Sequence record: NC_048054.1 | DNA: 64,000 bases | Direction: 5' to 3' (one strand) | Part shown: positions 54,449 through 63,601 of the stretch, in pieces | How positions within the stretch are numbered: the first letter of the stretch is position 1 | Layout: every line of letters begins with the position of its first letter | Position numbers and translations under genes: made by a program | The notes under the pieces: model-generated | What the model was told of the DNA's origin: nothing | Seen by the model: only the letters and a program-made list of their open reading frames with translations | The model's database searches: none

Positions 54449-54504
54449 AGATTCAGACGCAATAGTGCGTCACACACAAAAACACATACTGAGGAGTATT
54501 AATC

Positions 54505-56136
54505 ATGGCACGTATCGAAACTAGCACTAACCTGGTTGGCAAAACTATCGTCCTGCTGAACGGCACCAAATCTAAAATCGAAGATGCAATCGCGTCTGGT
54601 TATAAAGTGAAGGGCCTGACCAAGCGTATCGCCACCCGCTGCATCATCAAAGAAGGCTCTCACTTCCGCGAAATCGAGCGCATGAACATGAGCCAGCTGG
54701 AAGATACAGGCGAAGGTTATGTTAAGCTGAAAGATGCGAAAGCGTCTGGCAAGAAAACTGCCAAGAAAGAAACAGCCGCGCCGAAAGCGTCTGGTAAGAA
54801 AGCTGGCACCAAGAAAACTTCTGGCAAGAAAGATGCCAAGCCGTCGAAAGACAAAGAGCCGAAAGTTCGCCGTAAATCTTCCGAAGAGCAATCCGAAGAT
54901 TACCAGAATCTGGCACACGCTATCATCAAAGGCGGCAAAGCCAAGCCTGCTGTTGAGATCGAAGCTGTAGACGAAGCGCTGACCGATAGCGTAGCGAAAC
55001 GCCTCGCCGACTACGTGCTTAACTCAGACGTTGCGCGTGTTTGTGCTGACAACAAAACGCCGATCGCTAACGCACTGGACGTTACTTACGGTGCCGAGTA
55101 TGCGCCTGAAGGCAACGTGCTCCAGATTACTCTGAACCTGCAATATGCGGCGCCTGTTAAAACTGTTGCTGCTGCGCCTGAGCTGGACGAAGCTGTTGCG
55201 AAACGTGCTGCCAAGCTCGCTGCTAAGAAAATTGGCAAAGTGTTGGCGAAAGCAATCAAAGCTGCGTTCGACCTCGAAGATGCGAACGACCTGCTGCCAG
55301 GCACCGTGCTGACTAACGACGGTACTGAGTTCGTGTTCGTCGGTGAGTCTGCGAAACATGCAGGCAAAGCGCTGATGTATAGCGCCGATACTGACGGCTT
55401 CAAATCATTCGGTGCCGACAAACTGGCCGACTTCGAAATCGTCGCTGATGAAAGCGAAGAAGAGGAAGACGAAGATGAAATTGAAGACGAAGATGAAATC
55501 GAGGAGGAAGAAGAAGAGGAAGAATCCTCCGAAGACGAAGAAGACGGTGAAGAAGACGATGGCGAAGAAGAAGACGGCGAATCGCAAGATGCCGAATACG
55601 AGTTCGTCGCAGTCGATGCCGATCAACTTGAACTGGTTAATAAGAAAGTAACCGCTAAGTATCACGCCGCTCTGGCTGAACGCTTCGGTGTTGATGAAGA
55701 GGCGCTGGCCCCTGGCCTGATGCTGACTGATGGCGAAACTACTTTCGCTTACCTCGGCTGCGATAGCAAAGGTGGTCTGCTGGTTATCGACCTGTCTGAC
55801 GATGCAGACGAAGATGATAACGTGCTGGTGTATAGCAAAGCCGATATCAAAACTCTGACCGACTTTAGCCCTGTGATCGATAGCGGTGAAGCTGACGATT
55901 CAGAAGAAGAAGACGGTGAGGAAGAAGACGGCGAAGAAGAAGACTTCGAAGAAGATGGCGAAGAGGAAGATGACGAAGAAGAGGAAGACGACTTCGAGTT
56001 CAACGACCTGCCGTCCGAAGATCTGGAAGACCTGTCTGATGACGAACTGCGTGACCGCGTAGTTGAAGCCGGCCTGACCACTGTGCGCAAAGCTGAAAAC
56101 ATGACTGCTGCACAACTGCGCAAGCTGCTGAAATAA
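54505..56136 (+). CDS. Modular protein: conserved N-domain, K-rich linker, two repeated domains, poly-E/D tracts, C-terminal HeH
   Basis: GAGGAG RBS; LLPGTVLT..GTEFVFVG and LAPGLMLT.GETTFAYLG repeats. Confidence 0.85.
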   Translation: MARIETSTNLVGKTIVLLNGTKSKIEDAIASGYKVKGLTKRIATRCIIKEGSHFREIERMNMSQLEDTGEGYVKLKDAKASGKKTAKKETAAPKASGKKAGTKKTSGKKDAKPSKDKEPKVRRKSSEEQSEDYQNLAHAIIKGGKAKPAVEIEAVDEALTDSVAKRLADYVLNSDVARVCADNKTPIANALDVTYGAEYAPEGNVLQITLNLQYAAPVKTVAAAPELDEAVAKRAAKLAAKKIGKVLAKAIKAAFDLEDANDLLPGTVLTNDGTEFVFVGESAKHAGKALMYSADTDGFKSFGADKLADFEIVADESEEEEDEDEIEDEDEIEEEEEEEESSEDEEDGEEDDGEEEDGESQDAEYEFVAVDADQLELVNKKVTAKYHAALAERFGVDEEALAPGLMLTDGETTFAYLGCDSKGGLLVIDLSDDADEDDNVLVYSKADIKTLTDFSPVIDSGEADDSEEEDGEEEDGEEEDFEEDGEEEDDEEEEDDFEFNDLPSEDLEDLSDDELRDRVVEAGLTTVRKAENMTAAQLRKLLK

Positions 56137-56224
56137 GATCGACCTGTAATACGAAAACTTGAAGTAAGATGCGGTTCAGACAGAGCCGCATCTCTGACAA
56201 CTAAGCTGATTGAGGAATCACACT

Positions 56225-57457
56225 ATGTCAAACGCAAATGCAAACCTGTTGAATGCCCGTGTACGTCGTCTGGATGGCACCACCACTTTCATCAACAAAG
56301 TAAACGCTAACGGTTATAGCACCGACGCGAAAGGTCCGCAGATTCCGGTGAAGCGTATCGTGCTTGCTGGTAAAACTCTGAAAGAGATCGAACAGCCGTA
56401 TGCGAAAGCCGAGCACGTTCTGATTGACGGCATCACCGTTAAGCTGAACAAGCGCCAGCAGAAAGATCTGCGCAACGACGAAATCGACGTTGACACTATC
56501 AAGCCTGACTTCGGCAATCTGGTCTACATCGACCCTGAGACAGGCAAGCCTGCTGTGAAAACTGCGAAAGTGAAAGGCGGCGTGAAAGCTACCCGCGAAC
56601 GTAACAAAGACAAGCGCACCAAGAAAGAGCGTAAAGCAGAAGTCGCCGCATCGAAAGACGAAATCGACGTACTGCCGTCTGATAAAGTTGATCGTAAAAC
56701 TGAACTGGCTGGCATCATCGACGCAACCATCGCCGACGCGAATACGAAAGACCGTCGCAAGATGTTGAGCGAAGCGTTTGACATGGACTGGAAAGATGTG
56801 AAGAAACACGGCGGTGCTGGTGTTATCAAACACATGGGCCGCAAAGCTGCACAGACCGCAGTGAATCGCCTGAACGCCAGCGTAACGCAAGACACGTTCA
56901 TCAAGCAGATGCCTGTCGCGTTGAAACGTCTGATTCAAGACGGCGCCCTGACGTTGAATCGTTCGCAGATTGAGCGCGTACTTAGTGCGCTTGACCTCGA
57001 CGTGAAATTCTACGATGTTGCCATTCAAACTCTGATGGGCAACCTCAAGCTGACTCTCGATAAGTCCATCGAGAACCCGAAAGTGAAATCAAAGAAGGCA
57101 AAGCATAAACTCGCCGTGCCTACTTACGCGTCTGAAAAGGAAATCAGCAAACGCATCCGCAAGATGACAATCAAGCTGATTAAGCCGAGCAAGAAAGATA
57201 TGCCCGCGCTGAAAGAGCACTCGAAAGCATCGAAAGCGGTTATCGCTAAAAAGCTGGGTATCAAATCTTCTGACGTGAAGCGCGGCCTGATCGTGTACAA
57301 GCCGAACGGCGTTGAGTTGATGTTCCTGACTTGCGATATGACGGGTCCTGTCTTCATCGACAAAGACGGTGCCGAGAGTGTGATGGCCCATGCTAATGTG
57401 GACAGCACTTTCAATCTGACCCTGGGCAAAACTTCTGAACTGGACGCCAGCGTATGA
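56225..57457 (+). CDS. Basic paralog of the 54505 protein
   Basis: GAGGA RBS; shared NL...L.GT...I...GY...I..G...EIE N-domain and a related C-terminal domain. Confidence 0.85.
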   Translation: MSNANANLLNARVRRLDGTTTFINKVNANGYSTDAKGPQIPVKRIVLAGKTLKEIEQPYAKAEHVLIDGITVKLNKRQQKDLRNDEIDVDTIKPDFGNLVYIDPETGKPAVKTAKVKGGVKATRERNKDKRTKKERKAEVAASKDEIDVLPSDKVDRKTELAGIIDATIADANTKDRRKMLSEAFDMDWKDVKKHGGAGVIKHMGRKAAQTAVNRLNASVTQDTFIKQMPVALKRLIQDGALTLNRSQIERVLSALDLDVKFYDVAIQTLMGNLKLTLDKSIENPKVKSKKAKHKLAVPTYASEKEISKRIRKMTIKLIKPSKKDMPALKEHSKASKAVIAKKLGIKSSDVKRGLIVYKPNGVELMFLTCDMTGPVFIDKDGAESVMAHANVDSTFNLTLGKTSELDASV

Positions 57458-57834
57458 CAAACAACGAAATCGTTTTGTCTGGTGTGTTTGCGCAAATCTA
57501 TTCGCGGCTGACAACGGCCGCGATACTGAAAACCTACGTGTATTACTCTGACCTGTCGCCTGCTGTGTTCGGTCTCCAGCTCAATGTGAGCACTGCACAA
57601 TACCACGCGCTGTGGGAATTTGTTGTAAAGACCATGCGACTTGATATAGCTAACGGCCGCCCACCGTTAGCTGCGCTCTACGTATCACGGGCAAACGACG
57701 AGAAGGCTCCTGCGAAGAAGTTCTTCTCTGAATACTACAAGCTCACTGGGAAGCGCCTGACACTTGATGAATGGCAAGCACTCGTTGAACATGTGTGGAA
57801 ATCATATGAGCCAGATCTTCGGGAGCCATCATGA
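57454..57834 (+). CDS. Hypothetical protein
   Basis: ATGA coupling; GRPPLAALYVS...PAKKFF motif. Confidence 0.75.
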   Translation: MTNNEIVLSGVFAQIYSRLTTAAILKTYVYYSDLSPAVFGLQLNVSTAQYHALWEFVVKTMRLDIANGRPPLAALYVSRANDEKAPAKKFFSEYYKLTGKRLTLDEWQALVEHVWKSYEPDLREPS

Positions 57835-58292
57835 AAAAGTCGAAAGTTGTAATTAGTCGTGGCGGCTACAGGCCGTCTTCACCAGAAGAAGCTCAGAAGC
57901 TGGTAGCTGAGTTTATTCTGGGTACTATCGGTGTTAACCCTACTGTTATCAGCCAGCAAATGTTGTTGAACATTGCGAACTACAATTACCTGACGTCTAT
58001 CGCTGACACAGGTAAGGCTAATCAAGCGAACCAGAGCGCATTGCATAAAACTGTAAAAGAACTTAATGCGTTCTGTAGATTGCACAAGATTCCACTGGGA
58101 TTACTAATTATGCCGCATACGTCGGACAGTGATTATGCTGGTGACGAGGTTGTAGCGATTCCTTGGGAGCATGTGCGCACAAACGCATTGAGCCAGTCTG
58201 CCATCGAATCTCTGTTTGAAGTAGTTGTAGCCGATGGTTATCCGCAGTTTGTGACTGATGCGAAAACAGTAGAGGGATACAATGTTTTATGA
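57831..58292 (+). CDS. Hypothetical protein
   Basis: GGAG RBS; ATGA coupling. Confidence 0.75.
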   Translation: MKKSKVVISRGGYRPSSPEEAQKLVAEFILGTIGVNPTVISQQMLLNIANYNYLTSIADTGKANQANQSALHKTVKELNAFCRLHKIPLGLLIMPHTSDSDYAGDEVVAIPWEHVRTNALSQSAIESLFEVVVADGYPQFVTDAKTVEGYNVL

Positions 58293-59562
58293 CCACGTAT
58301 TCAACCACGACCAGAGACAGTTGCTCTTGTCGGTGGCTGAATCTAAATATCTGGTGCGGCTCGACTGCCCCGACTATTTGAAAAAGTCGAAACATGCAAT
58401 TGAAGTTCGGCACACAGTAACCAACCGCGGCGAACAGCGTCGTAGCGGTACAATCACAACTGCATTCGTACCTCGCATTCATTCCGCAACCGTTCAGCGG
58501 CTTGTTCGTGAGGTGCGTGATACCCAGAGCAAAAGCGCATCGTCCAGTCTGGCCGCGCTATTTGAGCTGGGGCTTGGTGTACCGAAGCAACATGACATTG
58601 CGGTGTACCTTAAAGACTACTGCCAGGAAAACGATAAGAAGGGTGTGGGTATCAAGTATATCCGCAAACTGATTAACGAATACCACCGCAAGCATCGTCA
58701 TAGCTTCGCGGGAAGTCGCTGGTTGATGCCTGCCGCATATACGGCGAACATGCTCAACATGCAGTCTTTCATTCATCTGAAAGAAGACGGCTATGCGAAC
58801 AAGGTTAAAGTGCCTGACGGTATTCCTGTCGTGTTCATCTACCAGAACACGAATCATGAGCAAGCCACATTTACTTTGTGTGACGCATTCACGATAAGCC
58901 CGCTTGGTTATCCAATGCCGTTCGCACAGATAGCGTTACGACCTGAGTTCAAAGCTGCACCGAAAGAGTTCAAGTCGAAAGCGTTGCGTGGTAAGAGCAT
59001 GTATGCAATGGTCATGGGCATGGTTTACTGGACAGAAGGCGATTCTGTTTCTAACTTCCGTGAACTGCAAGATATCGACGACGACCCGTACCTGACGCTG
59101 CTGTCAAATGACAAGTACGCTGATCGCCGTAGCCCTGAATATCAGGCGCTGCTGGATGAACGTGTTGCGTTGAACGAGCAAGCACCGAAGTGGAACGCAG
59201 TGATTGCCAAGTACGGTAACACGACTCGAACGCTCAAGCCAGAGCAAGCCGAGAAACTCCAGAAAGCTAACGACTTCTTCCAGAGGCGTAAAGAGTTCAT
59301 GGATGCTTTCGACAAGTTCGAGAAGAAAGAGAACCACCACGCCGCGAAGAAGTTCGCTGCTGCCCGTGCTCTGTTTGCTGCCGTAGATTGTGGTACTATC
59401 ATGGACCGCAGTACGTACATGTCGGTATCGTCTGGTCTTGACGATGTGAATAAAATTCTCACTCGGTGGGGATTCACTACAGTCAACACTGTTAATAGTA
59501 GTTTGAAGAAGTCTATCCTTACTTACGACCGCAAAGGCGCAAGTCGCGTCTGGTCGCTGTAG
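58282..59562 (+). CDS. Hypothetical basic protein
   Basis: 426-aa ORF. Confidence 0.85.
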   Translation: MFYDHVFNHDQRQLLLSVAESKYLVRLDCPDYLKKSKHAIEVRHTVTNRGEQRRSGTITTAFVPRIHSATVQRLVREVRDTQSKSASSSLAALFELGLGVPKQHDIAVYLKDYCQENDKKGVGIKYIRKLINEYHRKHRHSFAGSRWLMPAAYTANMLNMQSFIHLKEDGYANKVKVPDGIPVVFIYQNTNHEQATFTLCDAFTISPLGYPMPFAQIALRPEFKAAPKEFKSKALRGKSMYAMVMGMVYWTEGDSVSNFRELQDIDDDPYLTLLSNDKYADRRSPEYQALLDERVALNEQAPKWNAVIAKYGNTTRTLKPEQAEKLQKANDFFQRRKEFMDAFDKFEKKENHHAAKKFAAARALFAAVDCGTIMDRSTYMSVSSGLDDVNKILTRWGFTTVNTVNSSLKKSILTYDRKGASRVWSL

Positions 59563-59589
59563 ACAACCTTATCTGAGGAGATAACACAA

Positions 59590-62500
59590 ATGTCTAATAA
59601 TAACCTGGGCGCTGCTGCAACATTCGGCACTGAGACTCAACGCCAGATTGCTGACGAACAACGTCGTGCTAATTCGTCTGAGTCCGGCCACATCAACAAA
59701 TGTACCATCGTCGTTCTGACTTCGCTTAACGCACACGGCCGCTTCTCTTACATGAGCGCCAGCGAGCAACTGCATGAACGTCCGATCGAAGGCAAAGTGA
59801 TGGATCGTCTGCCGAGCCTGATCGAACGCGCATCGGGTCCTTCGACCGACCAAAACAGCGCGTACTACATTCTGCATCCGAACAATGGTGTGCCTACTCG
59901 TATTGACGAGCGCATCAAAGTGGGTGAAGGTGATGCAGTCATCGTTTCGTATACTGTAAATAAAGCAGTGTCAGAGATGCACGGTAGTCTGTCGCTTGCT
60001 CTGTTCAGTGCTGGCGAAACAGATCTCGCAGACCTCGCAGCCGAGTTTGGTGTTCACTCAATCTCGATTGTCGAAGAAAGCAAAGCTGGTCCGTACATTC
60101 GCGCACTGGCTACGCAGGTGGAAAATCTGCAAACTGTAAATATCACGAGCATTGATGAAACTGACGGCGCTTTCGATAAAGCAGTAATCGACTACAGCGC
60201 GTTGCCGGCCAATCCTGTTACTGTGCTGTCCGGCGCTGTGCGTACTTTCATCATGCAAACCATTAGCGGCGAGATCGTTGCTGCAATTCCAAATAACGGA
60301 GAACTGAACGTGAAACAACCTACCAACGCAACGCCTGTTAACCTGAACGAAGACTTCGACGCAGAAGACGAAGTTGTTGATCAGCAGGAAGACGGCGAAG
60401 AAGAAGTTGCGGCCGGCACGGATCTGTTTGGCTACAAAGCGGAAACGCTGTCTGTTGAACAAATGTCCGAAGCGCTTGAAGCTATCGGCTATACCCTGGA
60501 CGCGATGAACGAAGACGGCATCCGTGAATCGTTCGAAACTGAACAGGCCATCTGGCTTGAAAAAGGCGAAAGCGCCGAAGACGACGAAGAAGAAGTTGAC
60601 GGCGAAGCTGATGATGACGCCGAAGACGAAGAAGAAGCGGACGAAGAAGTAGAAGAAGACTTCGACGCTGTTCAATTCCTCGCTTCTGTGCTGGTGGCCG
60701 AAGAGCTGGACCGCGCCGGTCTGAAAGTTCTGGTTCGCACTCAGGATATCACGGTGATGAAGAAAGACACCGTTGAAACTCTGACTGCGAAGTTGCTGGA
60801 AGTTGTTGAAGGTGCGACTGAGCAGGAGATGATTGAACTGCTGAACACCTTCGTCGGCGCTCTGCAAGAGCACGAAATCGCCTGCCCTAACATGCTGGCC
60901 GCTCTGTCTTCTGATGAAGAAGACGAAGAAGATCTGGACGAAGAAGAATCCGATGAAGAAGAATCGGAAGACGACGAGTCCGAAGACGGCGAAGAAGAAG
61001 ACGAAGATGAAGTGCAGCACCAGATTGACGCTGTTACCGATCCTCTCGACTACTTCCAGTTTGCTGGTGGTATGCTGACTGCCGAACAACGCGCCGCTGC
61101 TGTTACTGCTATGGGCGAAGACGCATCAACGATGACCATCGTTCAGGTAATGAAAGCGTTCACCCGCATTCAGGGTCAGGCCAACGAAGAAGTTGAAGCC
61201 GAAGAAGTTGAAACCTCTAACGCCGAGCAAGTTGTTGAACTGCTGCGCCAGTACGACGACGCTACCATTCAGCACGTAGCTGAAAGCCTGGGCATTCTGG
61301 TCGATGAATGCGAAACCGCTGACGAAATGATCGAAGCGATCATTAACGGCGGTAGCGAAGATGACTTCGCTGCTGTTGAAGAAATCGCAACCAACTACGG
61401 TGTTGACCTGTCAGAGATTGCTGATGAAGACGGTCTGTCGTTTGTTGACGCGCTGCTGGCAGTGCTGCCTGAGTTCCTGGCTGATGACGAATCTGCTGAT
61501 CAGGAAGACGAAGGCGAAAGCGAAAGCGACGAAGATGAAGAAGCCGACTTCGTGGAAGAAGAAGACGAAGAAGAAGACAGCGCCGAGCAGTCTGCTGAGT
61601 CTGAAACTAACGATCATCTGAAATTCGTTAAAGACGTTGACACTACCAACTCTGTCGGCCCGATGCTGTCTGTCGATATGGACCAGACGCTGATCATCAA
61701 CTTCACTCTGACTGACGGCAACACCTACGGTCCGATTGAAAGCGAACTGTCCGACGTGAACGGCTTCAACTATCGCTACCCGTTCAATCTGGGTAAACCG
61801 GGTAAAGCGCCTGGTTCAATGCACCTGCCAGCCCAGTCTATTCTGGATATTCTGGAGCGCGTTGGTACTACTCGCTTCCTCGCTAACCCGAAAACGTTTG
61901 ACATTGAAACGTGGGCAGAAAGTCTGGAGCAGACTATCAAGCAGGACCTCGATGCTAACCTGTACGCTGGCCGCATCGAAGACGGCATGGACCCTACCGA
62001 AGCGGGTCTGATTGTTGGTGACTTCATCGACGAAGAAGAAATGGCTCAGGCTGCTGAGATGGGCTATCTCGACGAAGACGGTCTGGACGAAATGCAGGGT
62101 GATCATCTGCCGCTGGCTAGCCTGTACAGTGCTAAGTCTCGCGTTCGTCCTGTTCAGGTTGACACCGCACACGTTGCGCTGCACACCACTGTGATGAACG
62201 TAGCTGTCCCAGGCTTCTGGGGTGACTCCGAAGTTTCGCGTCTGGTGCAGGCCGCTGTTAACCGCGTTATCTCTCTGGCTGAAACAGTCGAAGGTATCAA
62301 AGTGTACGCTGGCTTCACTATGGAGTCCGCTGCTCTGCTGAACAACGACCGCCTGTTCGAAGCGCTGACCGCACTGCGCGCCATGGAAAACGTACAGTCC
62401 TACTCTGCTGCTGACGCTGCAAACTTCGACGATGCCGAAGACGTGATCGAAGTAGCAAGTGCGCTGGACTCTCGTGACCTGCCTCTGGCTGTGCTGTCTG

Positions 62501-62613
62501 GTGGTCTGGCCGCTGCAACGTTCGACAACGGCGGTGACCTGACCGTGCTGGTGCTGTGTTCTCCTGAGGACGAAGACGACGAGTCCGCAGAAGACGAAGG
62601 CGACGACGAGTAA
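59590..62613 (+). CDS. Very large acidic protein (1007 aa) with repeated short helical modules and poly-E/D linkers
   Basis: GAGGAG RBS; followed by a terminator. Confidence 0.9.
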   Translation: MSNNNLGAAATFGTETQRQIADEQRRANSSESGHINKCTIVVLTSLNAHGRFSYMSASEQLHERPIEGKVMDRLPSLIERASGPSTDQNSAYYILHPNNGVPTRIDERIKVGEGDAVIVSYTVNKAVSEMHGSLSLALFSAGETDLADLAAEFGVHSISIVEESKAGPYIRALATQVENLQTVNITSIDETDGAFDKAVIDYSALPANPVTVLSGAVRTFIMQTISGEIVAAIPNNGELNVKQPTNATPVNLNEDFDAEDEVVDQQEDGEEEVAAGTDLFGYKAETLSVEQMSEALEAIGYTLDAMNEDGIRESFETEQAIWLEKGESAEDDEEEVDGEADDDAEDEEEADEEVEEDFDAVQFLASVLVAEELDRAGLKVLVRTQDITVMKKDTVETLTAKLLEVVEGATEQEMIELLNTFVGALQEHEIACPNMLAALSSDEEDEEDLDEEESDEEESEDDESEDGEEEDEDEVQHQIDAVTDPLDYFQFAGGMLTAEQRAAAVTAMGEDASTMTIVQVMKAFTRIQGQANEEVEAEEVETSNAEQVVELLRQYDDATIQHVAESLGILVDECETADEMIEAIINGGSEDDFAAVEEIATNYGVDLSEIADEDGLSFVDALLAVLPEFLADDESADQEDEGESESDEDEEADFVEEEDEEEDSAEQSAESETNDHLKFVKDVDTTNSVGPMLSVDMDQTLIINFTLTDGNTYGPIESELSDVNGFNYRYPFNLGKPGKAPGSMHLPAQSILDILERVGTTRFLANPKTFDIETWAESLEQTIKQDLDANLYAGRIEDGMDPTEAGLIVGDFIDEEEMAQAAEMGYLDEDGLDEMQGDHLPLASLYSAKSRVRPVQVDTAHVALHTTVMNVAVPGFWGDSEVSRLVQAAVNRVISLAETVEGIKVYAGFTMESAALLNNDRLFEALTALRAMENVQSYSAADAANFDDAEDVIEVASALDSRDLPLAVLSGGLAAATFDNGGDLTVLVLCSPEDEDDESAEDEGDDE

Positions 62614-62626
62614 TATCGTCTGATTG

Positions 62627-62655
62627 AGCGGCTCGAAAGGGCCGCTTACTTTTCT
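62627..62655 (+). terminator. Intrinsic terminator
   Basis: AGCGGCTC-GAAA-GGGCCGCT then TACTTTTCT. Confidence 0.8.
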
Positions 62656-62670
62656 CGGGGATCTGTAAAC

Positions 62671-63501
62671 ATGACACAAGAAGTAGATCACGAAGCTAAC
62701 ATCATTCAGATGCTTAGTAGCCGTGACGATAAAATCCGTGAACTGACCAACGAGCTTGAAGAAGCTGTTGGTGATAAGAAAGATGTGGAGAACGTCTTAG
62801 AGGACACAGTGCGCGGCAATACTGTGCTGCGTGTCGCACTCAGACGTAAAGTACGTCAACACGCCGTTGAAATCTCACTGCGCGATGAACGCATTCGTGA
62901 AATCACTGGATTCTGCAACGAGCAGACCGAAGAAGTTCGCACACTGAAAGCTGAACTCGAATCTGTAAAGAGTAAACAGAAGCAAGCGAATCCTCTGCCG
63001 TTTGCCCTGCATATGATAATGTGTGCTGGTATTAGCCACTACCATAATGTCGTACAGCAACTCGCACACGGATCTGTAAACCGTGAAACGAACAAAGTGG
63101 CCAGAGCGCTTGCTGATTTGAACCGCACCGACGTGGTAGTCAAACAGCCTTCACTGTATCGCTCTGTCGCAATGTATTGTTCTGCTGTTGGTGCCGACGC
63201 TCCTGCAAGCGCTGCTCTACTTGCCGAACTCAATAACTACATTCGAGCGAACATCGACCTGTTCCTCAAAGATACCCAGTACGAACAGTCACGTAAAATG
63301 TTACACTGGGTGTGGGAGGCGAAGAACAACTCTGCTCATATGGGCTTCGCCGCACGTAACATCTGTCAGGCCTTCGACTGGTTGCCTATCGCATTTGAGA
63401 GCGATGCTATTGACCATCTCGAAGATGACGATGATTACGAAGAATTGTTCTGTGAAACACTTCTGAAAATTTGTACGCATCTGATTCGTGATAGCTTTTA
63501 A
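62671..63501 (+). CDS. Hypothetical protein with N-terminal coiled coil
   Basis: 276-aa ORF. Confidence 0.8.
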   Translation: MTQEVDHEANIIQMLSSRDDKIRELTNELEEAVGDKKDVENVLEDTVRGNTVLRVALRRKVRQHAVEISLRDERIREITGFCNEQTEEVRTLKAELESVKSKQKQANPLPFALHMIMCAGISHYHNVVQQLAHGSVNRETNKVARALADLNRTDVVVKQPSLYRSVAMYCSAVGADAPASAALLAELNNYIRANIDLFLKDTQYEQSRKMLHWVWEAKNNSAHMGFAARNICQAFDWLPIAFESDAIDHLEDDDDYEELFCETLLKICTHLIRDSF

Positions 63502-63530
63502 TAATCTGTAAAAGTTACCTGCAATCGAAA

Positions 63531-63539
63531 CTGTAAACA
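63531..63539 (+). promoter_or_regulatory. CTGTAAACA motif (near copy CTGTAAAAG at 63506)
   Basis: Intergenic, upstream of ATG 63602. Confidence 0.45.
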
Positions 63540-63601
63540 CTAATTGAAGTTCGAACCGAGCAACAAGCTCACACTTTATAAAATCCCGGAGCATTAAACA
63601 A

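Noticed and set aside
60058-61089. Long minus-strand ORFs opposite acidic or low-complexity genes (also 9964-10893, 11633-12562, 26441-27343, 50371-51324, 56228-57028, 61816-62691)
   Set aside because: Shadow frames caused by biased codon use on the + strand; F/S/V-rich translations, no RBS, and opposite to well-supported genes
62663-62671. CTGTAAACA as promoter for the 62671 gene
   Set aside because: It overlaps the start codon, so transcription would begin inside the ORF; copies inside CDSs (about 59954, 60134) were also treated as chance
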